From: the human T2T-CHM13v2.0 reference genome, Homo sapiens | DNA: 64,000 nucleotides | Direction: 5' to 3' (one strand) | NCBI RefSeq assembly: GCF_009914755.1 | Contig: NC_060936.1 | In this document: positions 46,420-62,945 of the stretch, one piece after another | Position numbering within the stretch: position 1 is the stretch's first letter | Layout of the letters: each line of letters opens with the position of its first letter | The notes under the pieces: generated by a model | The model's database searches: none | Told to the model about the DNA's origin: nothing | The model's input: only the letters and a program-made list of their open reading frames with translations | Program-made: the position numbers and the translations under genes

Positions 46420-46755
46420 AGTTGTTTACTTTACTTTGATAAATAGAAGTCTCTCTGTGCTCATACACTCCCTCTCATGCAATGTACTGCAGCAGTCCGT
46501 CCTCTGGGGAGGTGTGGCATGTTTTGCATAAGGTCGTCCTTGGGCAGTAAGTTCGAAGAATGCACTGAAGTCATAGTGCATTGGTCTGAGCTCCTGGCAG
46601 ATCCTGTGTAATCTTCAGCCTCCCTGAAGCTTTACAGCCAGGAGTGAGATTTTATCACATGAACTTTAAAAGAGTAAAGCCAAATATCTTTTTATTAAAC
46701 CAGAGTAGATTAATTATCAGTATATGTGAAATCATGTCCACTGATCAAGGTAAGT
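46420..46755 (+). promoter_or_regulatory. candidate alternative first exon encoding MSTDQ, phase-1 donor at 46749
   Basis: aaatcATGTCCACTGATCAAG|GTAAGT; upstream TGTTTAC 46423 and TTGCATAA 46524; Alu-free block. Confidence 0.4.
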
Positions 46756-47364
46756 GGTTTCATTTTCTAGTAGATATATTTTTTTCTTCCCCAGCGTGGG
46801 TCACTTTATAACACTGCATGCCGAGGGATGTAAAAGTGGCAGAGTTTGGTTTTCTTTTAAAGTTAATAAAGCTCACATTGGTTTTCAAGTTCAAGATTAA
46901 AATATGTGCTATTGATGGGTTTTGGCTCTCCAGGAGGCTTCTTCTGGGCTAACCAGATACAAATGAGTTTGATAGTTAAGTTTCTCTGGCTTATTTTTAT
47001 TATCATAAGTAAAGTTTGGAAATTTGGTCATTGAGGGGAGAAATATAGAGAAAGAAAGGAACAGTTTTCTCTTTTTCCTCCCATTTCTGGTGTGAACAAA
47101 TGTTAAGAAATATTTACCACTAATCATTTTTCTAGTGCTACTGCACGGAGCATTGTTCTGTTAAAACAAACAAAAATTCCCACCATCCCAGTCTTGTTTT
47201 GGTGAAGTTCAGGGGAGTAAGTATTATTTGTTTTTCTGTAAAAGACAACATTGTAGAGATAGGCATGAGTTTGTTTTTTAAAAATTGTTAGTGGTAGTAG
47301 TATTAAGCCACTGTGGTCTCTTTGAGTGTTGTAGAGAGCATATTAATGAGAAATTGAGTCTTTG

Positions 47365-47720
47365 AAATAGAAATGTAATTCAACTGTGTGATAGAAATGT
47401 AATCATGTGACGGGAAATGTCTGCTAAAAATATTTTTAATCACTGAAATGGGTTCATTTTGTTTATTTTCCCATTCGTTTTTGACTGGATATAAGCCTCA
47501 CTGAAAAATGTCCACACTGCTGAACAAGATAAACTACAACTTAGAACCGGCAGCCTTCACAGTTACCAGTATTCTTTCTGATGGTGGTGTGGCTCTTTCC
47601 TTCCTTAAGTGTCAGGGGCATACGCTGAGTGTGGAAGCCCAAGGTTGGGGTTGGTGACAGCACTGCCTCAGGAGAGCTGAGGCGCCACTCCTGCAGCTGC
47701 ACAGCTGGCTCCGTTCCCAG
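47365..47720. promoter_or_regulatory. candidate enhancer
   Basis: TCATGTGA 47403, MEF2-like CTAAAAATAT 47424, paired CAGCTG 47694 and 47702. Confidence 0.35.
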
Positions 47721-49154
47721 GTTCTAGTAGCTGCGGGAGGGTTAAGCAGCCCAGTCCATGCCTGCCCCTGCTCCCTCCATCACTCAGGCAGAAGCCTGAA
47801 TTCTTTTGCAGGCGTTCCACCACTCTTGCATAAAGTTTGGAGGTCTTGTGATCTCTCCAAAATTTACCATCATACTCTAAATATGAAATTAAAAAAAAAA
47901 AAGAAATGCAGCAAAAGGGAAGTGTTTTCTCACCCCAAGCAGTGAAGTTTTAGGTTCTCTTTTTCCTGAAATAGCTTCTGTCCATTCTCATTTATCTTCA
48001 AACAGTTAGAGATGATTGGAGAGACAGTATTCCCTCCTGGAAGGCAGCTCTTAATTAGAGAGGAAAATATTTCTAGAACAGGAAGATGAAGCTTGAGAGG
48101 TGAATGTTGATAAACATAGAGAACTTGTTGGCTCTTGTTTTCTGCTTTAATGGACAGCACCCTTTAGAGAGTGGCCACTACAACAATATGGACTTTATAA
48201 GTTCCTTTTTAGGTTTTTAAACTGAGAAGACAGTAATATAGCACTTCCTGCCTACACTACTGGATAATTTTGTTAAATCATCTAAGAAAAATTGTAAATA
48301 TGCATATTTAGTGCACATGTTATTTTATAACAGTTTTTTTTTTTTAATGACCTGAAAAAACTTCTCTTTCTAAAGCTTACGCTTTCAGGCAAACTCCTTT
48401 CACATGAAAGAAATGAAATATGATAGAGTATGATGAATGACTCAATAGGAAATATTATGCAGTTCTTTGGAAGAATGATAACTTGGTGTTCCTTTAATAA
48501 ACATCCAAATGTACATGTAACCTAAACTGCAAACTAGGATTAAGATTTAAATTTAATCAGTTCTTCTTAGATACTAGAATAGACTTGAGGAGGTCAAGAG
48601 TAGATAGGAGACTCCTGGAATAATCCAGGGAAAAGTTGAAGTCATTTATTTCAAAAATAAAAAGGTATTTTCTTAGATGTTTTGTGGACCATCCCTGCCC
48701 ACTTCCTGAGCCACCTTCTGATAACCTTTACTGTAGGCACCTGTTTTCTTTATAAAATAACAAGCTAATTTTTATTGGCTAAAGTACATTTGTAAATGTC
48801 TTCACCCTGGTTTGTGTGTGTTCTCTGATTTATCTCCCACCACAGCACCTGCTAAGCTCTGGCTAGAACAGATCCTTCCATTTTTATTCCCTGGCGAATT
48901 GACACAAGTTAGTTGGTTATACGTTGAAGCAGGCAGAAGGAAAACACTTAGGAGAAGAAAAATAGTGTTAATCGTAGAATTTGGTCATTCTACATGGTGG
49001 TTATTATAATAAAACTTGGCCTGGGGAAAATGAGTCTTTCACCCTCTTAGAGAATAAGTACACACAAATACATTTTTAAAACATTTAAACAAACAAACAA
49101 AAAAGACTGTGTCACTGTGGTCTTGTCTTTTCCATGCCATTATAAAGCAGTTAT

Positions 49155-49457
49155 TTCTTTTTTTTCTCTCTCTCTTTTCTTTTTTTTTTTTGAGACAGAG
49201 TCTCGCTCTGTCACCCAGGCTGGAGTGCAGTGGCGCTAAGCTCCACCTCCGGGGTTCACACCATTCTCCTGCCTCAGCCTCCCGAGTAGCTGGGACTACA
49301 GGCACCCGCCACCATGCCCGGCTAATTTTTTGCATTTTTAGTAGAGACAGGGTTTCACCGTGTTAGCCAGGATGGTCTCAATCTCCTGATCTCATTATCC
49401 GCCCACCTCGGCCTCCCAAAGTGCTGGGATTACAGGCGTGAGCCACCACGCCTGGCC
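49155..49457 (-). mobile_element. AluY with small deletion
   Basis: TSD ataaagcagttatt. Confidence 0.96.
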
Positions 49458-49479
49458 ATAAAGCAGTTATTATTTCTTA

Positions 49480-50585
49480 TGCTTAGTCCCAAAAACCTAG
49501 TCTTCCTTGAGTCATTTTTCTCTTATGTACAATCTGGCAACAAATCTTGCTTCAAGATATATCAAACTGACTATGTCTTATTGCCTCTACTGTTACTTGC
49601 CCTGCTTTAGGTTACACACAGCTTTCCCCTGGATTGCTTCTACTAGCCTCCTATCTACCCTTGACCTCCTGGAGTCCATTGTCTACCTAACAGCCTGTGT
49701 GCACCTCTAAAAACGGAGGGCAGATAATTGCCACTTCTCTGCTCGCAGTCCTTCAGTGAATTCCCATCTCTTTCAAAGGAAATCCCCTGTTCTTTCAATG
49801 ATGTGCAAGGCCCTACCTTCTCTAGCCCCTATCCCTATCCCTACCCCTTAACTTTCTGACCTCAGCATCAAATATGCTCCCTAGTCTATCCATGTTGTCT
49901 TCCTTATTTCTCTTTGAACATATCAACTGTGCTTCTACCTTAGGATTTTTGTAGTTTTACACTTTGCTTGGAATGCTAATCCTCAAAATATGTTATGCCT
50001 TATTCCCTTCATGTCTACTCAGCTAGCAGTGTATTAGTGAGACCTCCTTGTCCTCCCTGTACATAGGATATAATAATAGCCTCTCACCTAATAGCACGCC
50101 TGTTCCTTCACCCAGCTTTACTTTCGTTATAGCAGTTTTTTTGTTTGTTTGTTTTGTTTTGTTTTGAGACAGGGTCTTTCTGTCATCCAGGCTGGAGTGC
50201 AGTGGCGCAGTCTTGGCTCACTGCAACCTCTGCCTCTCAGGCTGAAACGATCCTCCCACCTCAGCCTCCACAGTAGCCAGGACTTACAGGCACACACCAC
50301 CATGCCTGGCTACTTTTTATATTTTTAGTAGAGACATGGGTTTTGTCATGTTGCCCAGGCAGGTCTCGAACTCCTGAGCTCAAGCAATTCACCTGCCTTG
50401 GTTTCCCAAAATGCTGGGATTACAGGTGTGAGCCACTGTGCCTGGCCCATCATAGCAATTTTACCATTTAGCATGTTATACAGGTTATTTTTTTGTTGTG
50501 GTGTTCACTGCTATGTTCCTAGGGTCTAGAAAGGTAACTAATAGATACTGGGTGCTTTGTTAATATTTGTTGATTGAATACATTT
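49480..50585. mobile_element. L2 remnant interrupted by an Alu
   Basis: ttcttcc-rich L2 3' region ending aatatttgttgattgaat. Confidence 0.65.
50136..50447 (-). mobile_element. AluJ/S
   Basis: (TTTG)n tail then antisense dimer. Confidence 0.95.
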
Positions 50586-51021
50586 CTAATATTCAGTGCC
50601 TTTTTCTGTTGGGAAATGTAAAATGAGCAGGAATATAAGAAGTTTAATAAATTATAAATATTTGTAGTGTTCTCCATTTCTTCCCTTCAGTTCTCTTTTA
50701 AGAATAAATATCCTTGCTTGCTAACCTCTGGTGTCCCTTGTTGAGCAGCATGTCAATAATGAGTTCCTGCTATTGGAAGCCTCACAGGCCAAGTTGATAT
50801 AAAGAAGTATGAAGAAAGTATGGAGGGGTTAGTGGGTTAGTGAGATTGGAATCTGTGGCTGAGCCCGTACATGATTTTGGATGATTAATTAATGGGCTGT
50901 GTCGTAAGACAGAAAAGAGATGAGGGAGAAGCTTTGGGGTGTGAAACCAAGAAATCTGGAGCGATACTGTCTGTGTGGAGAAAATTGTGGCCAAGATTTT
51001 TTGCTATTAAAGATGTACTTA

Positions 51022-51336
51022 GGCCAGGCGCAGTGGCTCACACCTGTAATCCCAGCACTTTGGGAGGCCGAGGAGGGAAGATCATGAGGTCAGAAGATCC
51101 GAGACCATCCTGGCTAACACCGTGAAACTCCGTCTCTAGTAAAGATACAAAAAATCAGCTGGGCGTGGTGGCACGCACCTGTAGTCCCATCTACTCAGTA
51201 GGTTGAGGCAGGAGAATTGCTTGAACCGAGGAGGTGGAGGTTGCAGTGAGCTGAGATCGTGCTATTGCACTTCAGCCTAGGTGACAGAGGGAGACTCTGT
51301 CTCAATAAATAAAAAGATAAAAATAAATAAGAAAAA
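51022..51336 (+). mobile_element. AluSc/Y
   Basis: gagaccatcctggctaacac. Confidence 0.95.
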
Positions 51337-51479
51337 GAGGTCCTTAATATTTTATATTAATGATATACTTGCCCCACTTTTTGTTTTTTCTCTTCCTACA
51401 TTTAAGTCATTTCACTCTTTGAAGCACTCTTGTAGGAGGGTGATAGGAAAAGTAAAAAGATTGAATAAAAAATAATCTA

Positions 51480-51882
<403 letters not shown>

Positions 51883-52793
51883 TCATGTAATTTATTTCCA
51901 AATTTATCTAGATAATTGGAAATTGACCTGCATTTTAAAATCTGTAGCCAACAGTTAATGTTAAAAAAAAAAGTTCCCTTCCCCAAATGCAGTTAAAATC
52001 TATGAACTGCTGTTTGCTATTTGATAATATACTTGATCTGAATAGTAATTATACATTATTAGATTACATGACTTCTTAGAAATATGGAATCAATTTTGAC
52101 TATAGCAAAAAGAAATTATACAAAGCTTGAAAATAATTTTGTTATTTTATAAATGTGTAAGCCCCTTAATGTCTATCAGTAGTTACTGATTTATTAGAAA
52201 TATCATGTTTTTCTCTAATATTGCCCAGTAAATTTTTTTTAAATTTATTTCCATCAGAGTTACTAATTTAGAGTGTAAAATAGCAAAATAAGAAATATCA
52301 AGGAAAAAAGGTATTTCTGGTAACTTTTTATCTAAAATTGACCATTTTGATACAGAATGGTAACAAGTCATGCTTAGGGTTAGGAAATGTAACTGTATTC
52401 ACTATACTCAATCCTAAAAATTGTGTAATACCTCTATGTTCAAGGAGGTTTAAGTTCGCCTCCCTCATAGACCTCTAAATGCAGTGACTATGAGAAATGT
52501 CATAGGAGAGGTACAAAATATGTTTGGAGAATAGAAAAGGAGGAACAACTGTTTCATTGATTCAAGGAAATTTCCTCAAAAAAGGTAACATTGGAGCTAG
52601 ATATTGATAAATTTGTTTAAACAAAGACTTTCTGTTTTTTAAGCTAAAAGAACCAACGTATGCAAAAGCAGAGAGAAACATATGAAAAGAGAACTGTGTT
52701 TTCCAGGAATGGAGAAGATGAGAATGTGGCTAGAGTGTTAGGGGTGCATAGTTCTGAGTAGATGGATATTAGGCCCTTCAGGAGATTGACGCC

Positions 52794-53094
<301 letters not shown>

Positions 53095-53628
53095 AAGATT
53101 GATGTCTTAATGTGAAGGGTCCTTTATGCAAGCTAGAGGTTTTGAGGTTCCCCCTCCCCATCGAGCCTTGCAGTTCCATTAAAGGATTTTAAGCAAGGGA
53201 GTAATAAAATTCGTTATATCATTGAATGAATAAAATAGTCAGACTTTTTATTTGTAGGAGAAAAATTGTATTAGATGTAGCCAAATATGGCTTAAGTAAT
53301 GCAGTTTTAAAATTCAGAATTGGAAAATTGGTTTATCTTTGATTAACTGGTTCATTTTTTTTCTTCCTAACTTCTTTCTTCTGTCAGCCAAAAAAAAAAT
53401 AGGAAATAATGGATAAGCTAGAAGCAGTATTTGCTTTTTAAGTTTTGCATGACTGAAACAATCCCCTACACTGTTAGAAGCCTAACACACAATGCTATTG
53501 TGCTCTGGGTCTAGAAAAAATGTGAGGCCTGCTAGTCTGATTTTGCAGCAGGGAGTAAGGAAAGCCAATACTTAACTTTGTAAGCTGCTAAATATTAAAT
53601 GTTTAGTAAAATGGGGTTTATAGTAATG

Positions 53629-53914
53629 TTTTTTTTGAGACAGAGTCTCACTCTGTTGCCAGGCTGGAGTACAGTGGCTCAGTCTCGGCTCACTGCAACC
53701 TCTGCCTCCGGGTTCAAGCGGTTCTCCTTCCTTAGCCTCCTGAGTAGCTGGGATTAGAGGCGCCTGCCACCACACCCAGCTAATTTTTGTATTTTTAGTA
53801 GAGACGGGGTTTCACCACGTTGGCCAGGCTGGTGTCAATCTCCTGACCTGGTGATCCGCCCGCCTCAGCCTCCCAAAGTGCTGGGAATACAGGCGTTAGC
53901 CACCGTGCCCGGCC
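53629..53914 (-). mobile_element. AluS
   Basis: antisense dimer; TSD agtaat. Confidence 0.96.
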
Positions 53915-55132
53915 AGTAATATTTTTTCTTAAAAAGAGAATATCAAAATAAAGAGGAGAGTCAGGAGTAGAGGGTATCACCAAGCCTTTTTTAGAGTCAC
54001 CTAATTTGTTACATGTTTTTCTTAAAATTACCAACCATCAAAAAGAAGAATTTTGATCTATATCTATGCCTAAGAGATGTCAGTAGAGCAGTAAAAATAT
54101 TTCTCTAATTTATAAGGAAGTTAAGTAACTTTCCCACAGTCAAAATAATCATGTCAAAAATTTGACCTTTCAACCACTAGTTTTAGTAATCCACCCTGCT
54201 TTTTTCCTCAGGGAAAAAAAAAAATGTACTTCCCAGATAAACATCACCTTGCGTTTCACCGCAGGTCTGGGTGATCCTTACCTTGGAACAAATGATAGTG
54301 TTGGTGCATTTAAAGTAGCAGCTTTTGGGTGACTGGCTGGTCCTGAGGAGTTTTTCCTACTTAGCAGTGTTCATTTTATCTATTAATGCCGTGAAGCAAA
54401 ATACAGGTTGAATGAGCAGTGTTGGTAACTGCAAAACAAAGTGTTGCAACACAGTAGGCTGAGGTAGTTTTAAGCAGATAAAGTCTACAGAAATTAGTTT
54501 ACAGAAATAGTGTTAGGCTGGGATGTTTTAGCTGCTAGATTTCAGATTTAGAGAAATCAAGTTTAGAAAAATAAACCAGCAAAGTAGTACAAAATTAATA
54601 GCAACAATGTCAGGAAGAATTTGCTTATGAAAAGGATCTATTTTCCCTTTTGTGAAGAGAAACATTTGTTCACCCTTGGTTACTTGTGATTGAGATAATT
54701 AAAAACAATTTTATTTGGTTTTAGCAGCCTCCTTGTGAAAACTTATGAAATATTAGGCAGTTTGATTTTCTTCTCCTCTCTGGACCTGCAGATAAATTTG
54801 TTGTGAATAAATGGAAAATAGTTTGGCAGTGGGCAGAAGCAAGGGAAAAGCCAAGAATCTGGTCGATTTATAAACCAGACATTGTGAATAAATGAGTTGG
54901 CTACAGCTCTTAGAAAAAGGCTTTTGCCTTTCGAGTTCTTTTCCTACATCTGCTTTTATTTCTTTCACACTTTATGAAGTCAATAAAAATTTTGATTTCA
55001 TTGTTACAGAAGTTTCTCCTTGTATAGGAGCTTTTCATGCCCTCTGTTGGCCATAAATAATTTACTTTTGATTTCTCAAGGCTCCTAACTGGTGACTTTT
55101 CATATAAGGGGATGTCTAGGTTGTTTTTGGTA

Positions 55133-56252
<1,120 letters not shown>

Positions 56253-56379
56253 AAATGGATTCTAAAATCAGATAATCTTACTATTACTTATCTGTGAAGA
56301 GGACTTCATACTTTGCACAGAAGTATTTGCTGTGACTTAAACAAGAGTCACATGGTGCTATGAGCTTAAATAATTACTA

Positions 56380-56692
<313 letters not shown>

Positions 56693-56699
56693 TGTTTTT

Positions 56700-56993
56700 G
56701 GCTGGGTGCAGTGGCTCATGCCTGTAATCCCAGCACTCTGGGAGGCTGAGGCAGGTGGATCACTTTGAACTCAGTCGTTTGAGACCAGCCTGGTCAGTAT
56801 GGTGAAATCCCGTCTCTACAAAAAAATACAAAAATGAGCCGGGCGTGGTGGCTCACACCTGTGGTTCCAGCTACTCAGGAGGCTGAGGCTAGAGGACTGC
56901 TTGAGCCAGGAAGTGGAGGTTGCAGTGAGTTGAGATCGCACCATTGCACTCCAGCCTGGTGACAGAAGGATACTCTGTCTCCAAAAAAAAAAA
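56700..56993 (+). mobile_element. AluJ/S, tandem to previous
   Basis: full dimer with A tail. Confidence 0.95.
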
Positions 56994-57124
56994 ATTACTA
57001 TTAAAATTAGTCTTCATGGTGTTTTGGTGAACTTTAGCTTACCAGCTGAAAATTATGGAATTCATTTCATATAGCTTCCACTATAAATACTATTTTGATC
57101 CAAGCCTGTTAATAACACTAAGCA

Positions 57125-57304
57125 TGGTGACTCTCAACCATGACTGCACAGTGGGATTGCCTGGGAAGCTTTAACATACACTGATACCTGGGTCTCATAT
57201 CCCAGAGATTGACTTAAGTGGTTTGGGGTGCAACCCAGGTATTGCAGTTTTCTTTCTTAAAGTTCCACAGGTGATTCTAATGTAGTCATGGTTGAGAGCT
57301 ACTG
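57125..57304. mobile_element. MER5 (A1/B)
   Basis: subterminal inverted repeat ctctcaaccatgact / agtcatggttgagag; caggtgattctaatgt. Confidence 0.85.
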
Positions 57305-57677
57305 ACCTTGAGAAGCATGATTTTTTAGAGGTGGCTAACCCGTTCTGGTCTACTGGTTTACATGCAGTAGAGATAGTTGGGGAAGATAATTTTTGCTTAA
57401 AATAGGAAAGCAACTGACACAATCGCATGGTAGGCATGCAGGGTTTAGAACAGTAAGAAACTGAAGATTATACCATATAACACTGTGAATTTATTAAATA
57501 CATTCCAGAGTGGGTTATCAGCCAAGATGTGCTAGATCAACTGTGTATGGTGCTGCTAATGAGTTCACAGAAACCTAGAGGTTTTTACTTGCCCAAGGTC
57601 ACACCACTAGCTGGGGACACAACCAAAACTGGAAAATTATAGTGGTAATTCATAGTTTGTTGCCTTGATTATTTAGG

Positions 57678-57884
57678 TCAAGTTCTGTAAACTTTTTCTG
57701 TGAAGGGCCAGATTGTAAACATTTTAGGCTTTGCAGGCCATATGGTCCCTGTTGCAACTACTCAACTCTACTAACATAGTAAAAAGCATCATACACATTA
57801 TGTAAATGAATGAATGTGTATTCTAGTAAAACTTTATTGACAGAAGCTGGATTTGGCCTGTGACCTGTAGGCTGCAGATCCCTG
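57678..57884. mobile_element. MER58A
   Basis: aaactttttctgtgaagggccagattgtaaacattttaggctttgcaggccatatggtc...gcaactactcaactct. Confidence 0.88.
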
Positions 57885-58466
57885 ATTGAGGATTGTTTTA
57901 ATCTTCCCATTGGAAAGTTGGCTCCTTAAGAGTAGGCTGAAGATGTTACTGGTCCCACGTGGTGCCTTACTTCCTGGTACTGTTACAGTGGCCTCTGTTG
58001 CAAGGTGTTAGATGAGTGCTTGTTGAATTCATATCTATGCAGCTCTTAACGTTTTTCTGTTGCTTCTAACCCTTCCAGTAGGGGAAACAGTTGGCACATA
58101 TTCCAGCTTTGGAGAGGAAATGCTTGAAGTCTGTAGCAGGGTATAATTGCTGAATTCTTCAAGCGAATTAAAGATCTGAATTTGCTCTAGGGCATTCATA
58201 ATTATTTTAATTTCCTGGAACAGATTCTAAGAATTCATTTTAAATCTGAAAGTTTTTCTTAAAATCTGTTTTATGATACACTGTCTTTATTTTTGTGAAT
58301 ATTGTTAGTTTCTCACAACAATATTTATTTCAGTTCATTTGGATCTAAGATCTTTGTTGTACTTATGTGTGGCCAGTAGACTCTTTAGCAAAATTAAACA
58401 AATGCTAATGGGTTCCCACAGCCACCCAAATATTAGAAGTACAGCTCCAGATTATGAGCCTGTTTC

Positions 58467-58612
58467 TCTTTTTCTTTTCTTCTTCTCATTATTTTAAAGA
58501 GATGGAGTCTCAGTATGTTGCTTAGGCTGGTCTCAAACTCCTGGGCTGAAGCCATTCTCCCGCCTCAGCCTTCCAAGTAGCTGGGATTACAGGCAGGAGC
58601 CACCACCCCAGA
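58467..58612 (-). mobile_element. FLAM/AluJ monomer
   Basis: single antisense monomer. Confidence 0.88.
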
Positions 58613-59369
58613 CATGAACCCACTTCTAATGCAAAACACATATTGACCTGACAACAGGGCCCTCAGTTGTGGTGGAAAGAGCAGTGACCTTGGAATTAAA
58701 AGCCCTGTTGTGACTCGTGGCTTTGCCACTTTTAACCAACCCTACTTTTATTTACCTATAATGTGCAGGTATCTGTCTCACTCTTTAGGGATGCCAAAGG
58801 TGAAATGAGGTGTGCTGTCTATGTGACAGTGCCTTGTGAGCACTTTTCTGACTTCTCCCTGAGGAGGTTTGGGTCAGGCCTAGCAGAAACTGCAGCCATA
58901 GAGCATGGAGGGAAGTAGGACTTGACTAGCATAAAGTGAGTCTATGAGAGTGTGCCCACTGGTTTCCAAAGAGAATGTCGAAGAGTCTACAATGGTGAGG
59001 CCTCATCAGCCTCGATTTGAGAAGCAAATGTAGGTCAGAAATGGGGAGCAGAACAAGAGGAAAAGAAGAAGGTCAGGAGTGTGCAGAGCTGAAGAGGTGG
59101 TGAGAAGTGGTTCAAAGCTGGAAACAGGCAAGGTAATCTGGAATTCTGTCTTGATGTCTATTGAGTTATCCTAAATCAAGACTCATGTTCCTCTTACCTT
59201 ATATTTCTTAAATTGATTTGTTTGATGCCCTGGGTATTTTGAAGCTCCTAGCTGCATAATCTTGCCTAATAAAGGCACAGAATTAGGGCAAATAGCTGCA
59301 GTGACTTGTGTACCTGCTCAGTGAAAGCCAAAGAATCAATAGCTAGAATCTGTGTCCACAAATTGCTTA

Positions 59370-59687
<318 letters not shown>

Positions 59688-59714
59688 TACACACACATAC
59701 ACACACACCCCAGC

Positions 59715-59885
59715 CTAACCACTTACCACCTCTTAATCATCTGTATAATGGACATAAAAATGCCTGCTATACTTTACATCATAGTATTCTTGAGTGGAGT
59801 AAATGAAATAATGCATATAAGGTGCTTTGCACAATGTGTGCTTGCCTCACAATAAACACTCAATATTATTAGATATGATTTCTAC
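59715..59885 (+). mobile_element. MIR
   Basis: catctgtataatggacataaaaatgcct...taaatgaaataatgcatataaggtgctt. Confidence 0.75.
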
Positions 59886-59948
59886 CATTATTACTAACAG
59901 TAGTAAGAATAGCAGTAGTATTTAAAAGCAAGTTTGCATTAGTTTTAA

Positions 59949-60305
<357 letters not shown>

Positions 60306-62628
60306 TAGTATGCTACTGAAGGACATGTCTCAGCATCGGTGTATCCCTTCCTGAAGCTATATGTTACCTTGCATTTACAGAGTTGACTTGGTGTCCAGAG
60401 AACAAATCAGTTGAGAAAAGGCCATTTTGAAAACGATTTTTTCCAGGGAGCATACGCTAGTACCCTGTTGCGGCATCCATGTGTGAGGGGGTGGTTGGAT
60501 TATAGATCTTCAATGTGAAGTCAAGTTTCTTATCAAATGAAGTGTTTTGTCCGATCTTAGAGTTTAAACCCACAAGGAGGTAACAAAGCAAAGGGCTAAT
60601 ATATCTTTTCGCTACTTAGAACTACAGGCCAGAAATTTGCTTTTGTATTCTGAGATCTTATGATACTTGTCTCAATGAAATAAAACTGCATGCATTATTC
60701 TGCATTTCCATATTACTATTCTCTGTATTGGTAATTATTATGATACTTGCTTCCTGTACTTAAAGCAGCATGCAGATTTATTTTATAATCACTTCAAGGA
60801 AAGAACCAGTTCCTTTGGAGATTTCCTGTGGTTCCAAAGTTGCATGCCTCCAAGTCTGTTAGGTTGTGGGATTTTGCATTTGAGAGAAATGAGGGAGGTG
60901 GAGAGAATGAAGAGAAAGTGGACTGGCAGAATTACAGAATGTGGTTTCATCTGATCTTTTAGGCTGAGGGCTACTCCATTTGTAGACTCCATGCATAAAA
61001 CTCAGGCATCCTGGGTCCTGCCCTACTGCTGCTTTGTGGTCAGAACATCGTGAGATCATGCAGCCTCAAGGCTGGGAACATACGGGATCAGGTCCAACAG
61101 CAGGTTGGAGTTTGGGTTCATGATTTCAAAGTCAGGGTCGTGAGGGCACCCAAGATGATTACCGAGAAGTCAAAAGCACGTGCCAGTAATGGCAATGTGA
61201 AGGTCTGGGAAACAGCCAAAACGTAGCTGTCAGGAATGTGGGACAGAGTCCCTAGGGCAGCTTTTCCCAAAACATGTTCCAAGATATACTAGCTCTATGG
61301 GATGTTGACTTACAATAATATGTGGTGAAAAGGTTTTCCAGACAAACACTGAGTTCAGAGTTAAGCAGGTTTTTTTCTATTGCAGAGCTTGTCAGAGCCT
61401 CTGATATGCCCACTAGTATTGTAAGTGTACAAGATGAAGCTTTAAAATTGGGCAAATAACAGATATTTCATACAGAATCCTGGATGTGGCCAGGAGTGAT
61501 GGGAGATGAAGGATCCTCTTGTCAGAGTAGCACTCCACAGAACACACTTGGGGAAAAGTTGTCCCAGGGCCTGTGGCATGTGCTCTGAATTCATTTTCGC
61601 CTGGCTCTTAATTCTGGGGTTCGGAAGGAACTGGCAAACACCCACAGAAGTTATCTAGGATCTTATTGAGTGCTTCCCCCTCGTCCTTCCATCCGAATCA
61701 CTTGGCTGATATTTGTTGCTGCTATTAACAGAATTCAGGAAATCAGCCCTTCTTAGAGGAAGAAGGACAAGTGAGACCACAAACAACAAAACATAATGAA
61801 TGGATCAGAGCCTGTGTATAATTGGCCCTGAATTAGGCAAATAGGCTTTCCCCACTCCCTTAAAATGAAAACAAAATGGTAGTTTAAAGAAAGTACCAAA
61901 GGGACTATATCTAATAATAACAATGAGATTGAAAATGAGGGCACATGGTGTGTTTAGGGACGGCTGAGGCCAGTGAATGTCAAGGCAGACTGCATCTTTG
62001 ACAGCCTCGCCTCACTGGCTCCTGAAATCCTCACACACAAAACAGCATTCTTCTTGTGTTCTTAAAGTGAAAGGCACTGTTTCCCTGTCACACTAGCAAT
62101 GTTGCGAAGTAAATGTCATCCTTTCCTCCTCCTTGGCCCTGCCTTCTACAGCTAGTGCCCCTGCCAGTTGTTTCCTCAGCACGTCTCCAGCGTTCCTCTT
62201 CTCTTCCCCCTCGGCACGGCCTTACTTCTGGTCTCATCATCCTATGCCTGGGCTGATGCCTTTGCTTCCCAGCTGCAGTCGGCTGGGGATGAATGTGGGG
62301 TTAAGGCAGGCATTCCAGATATTTATAGAATTGTTCATGGTTCTTTTCCCATTAGCCATGAGTTACTTGAGGGTGAAGATAGTGTCTTATTTGTCTCTCT
62401 GTCTCTAGTAATTAGCCAAGTACCTGGCACTTTTAATTAAGGAGTTATCACTCAGTACATTTAAATAGGGAGAAAAAGAAAAAAACAAAGAATGGAATAA
62501 AGTAAAAGCATGATAGGTTTTGTTACTCTTTTTGCAGTTGATCATTGGCTATTCTTAATTCTTATAGACCAGTTAGTACTTTAGCAGCATACAGATAAGA
62601 TATATTAAAATCATACACTGAGTTTTTA

Positions 62629-62945
<317 letters not shown>

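Noticed and set aside
54245-54410. Acceptor-like caccgcag on + and donor-like CAAG|GTAAGG on minus
   Set aside because: No matching partner site. Equally good minus-strand donors occur near 11675, 27283 and 59193, showing the chance background.
57131-57299. 15-bp perfect inverted repeat
   Set aside because: Explained by the palindromic structure of MER5.
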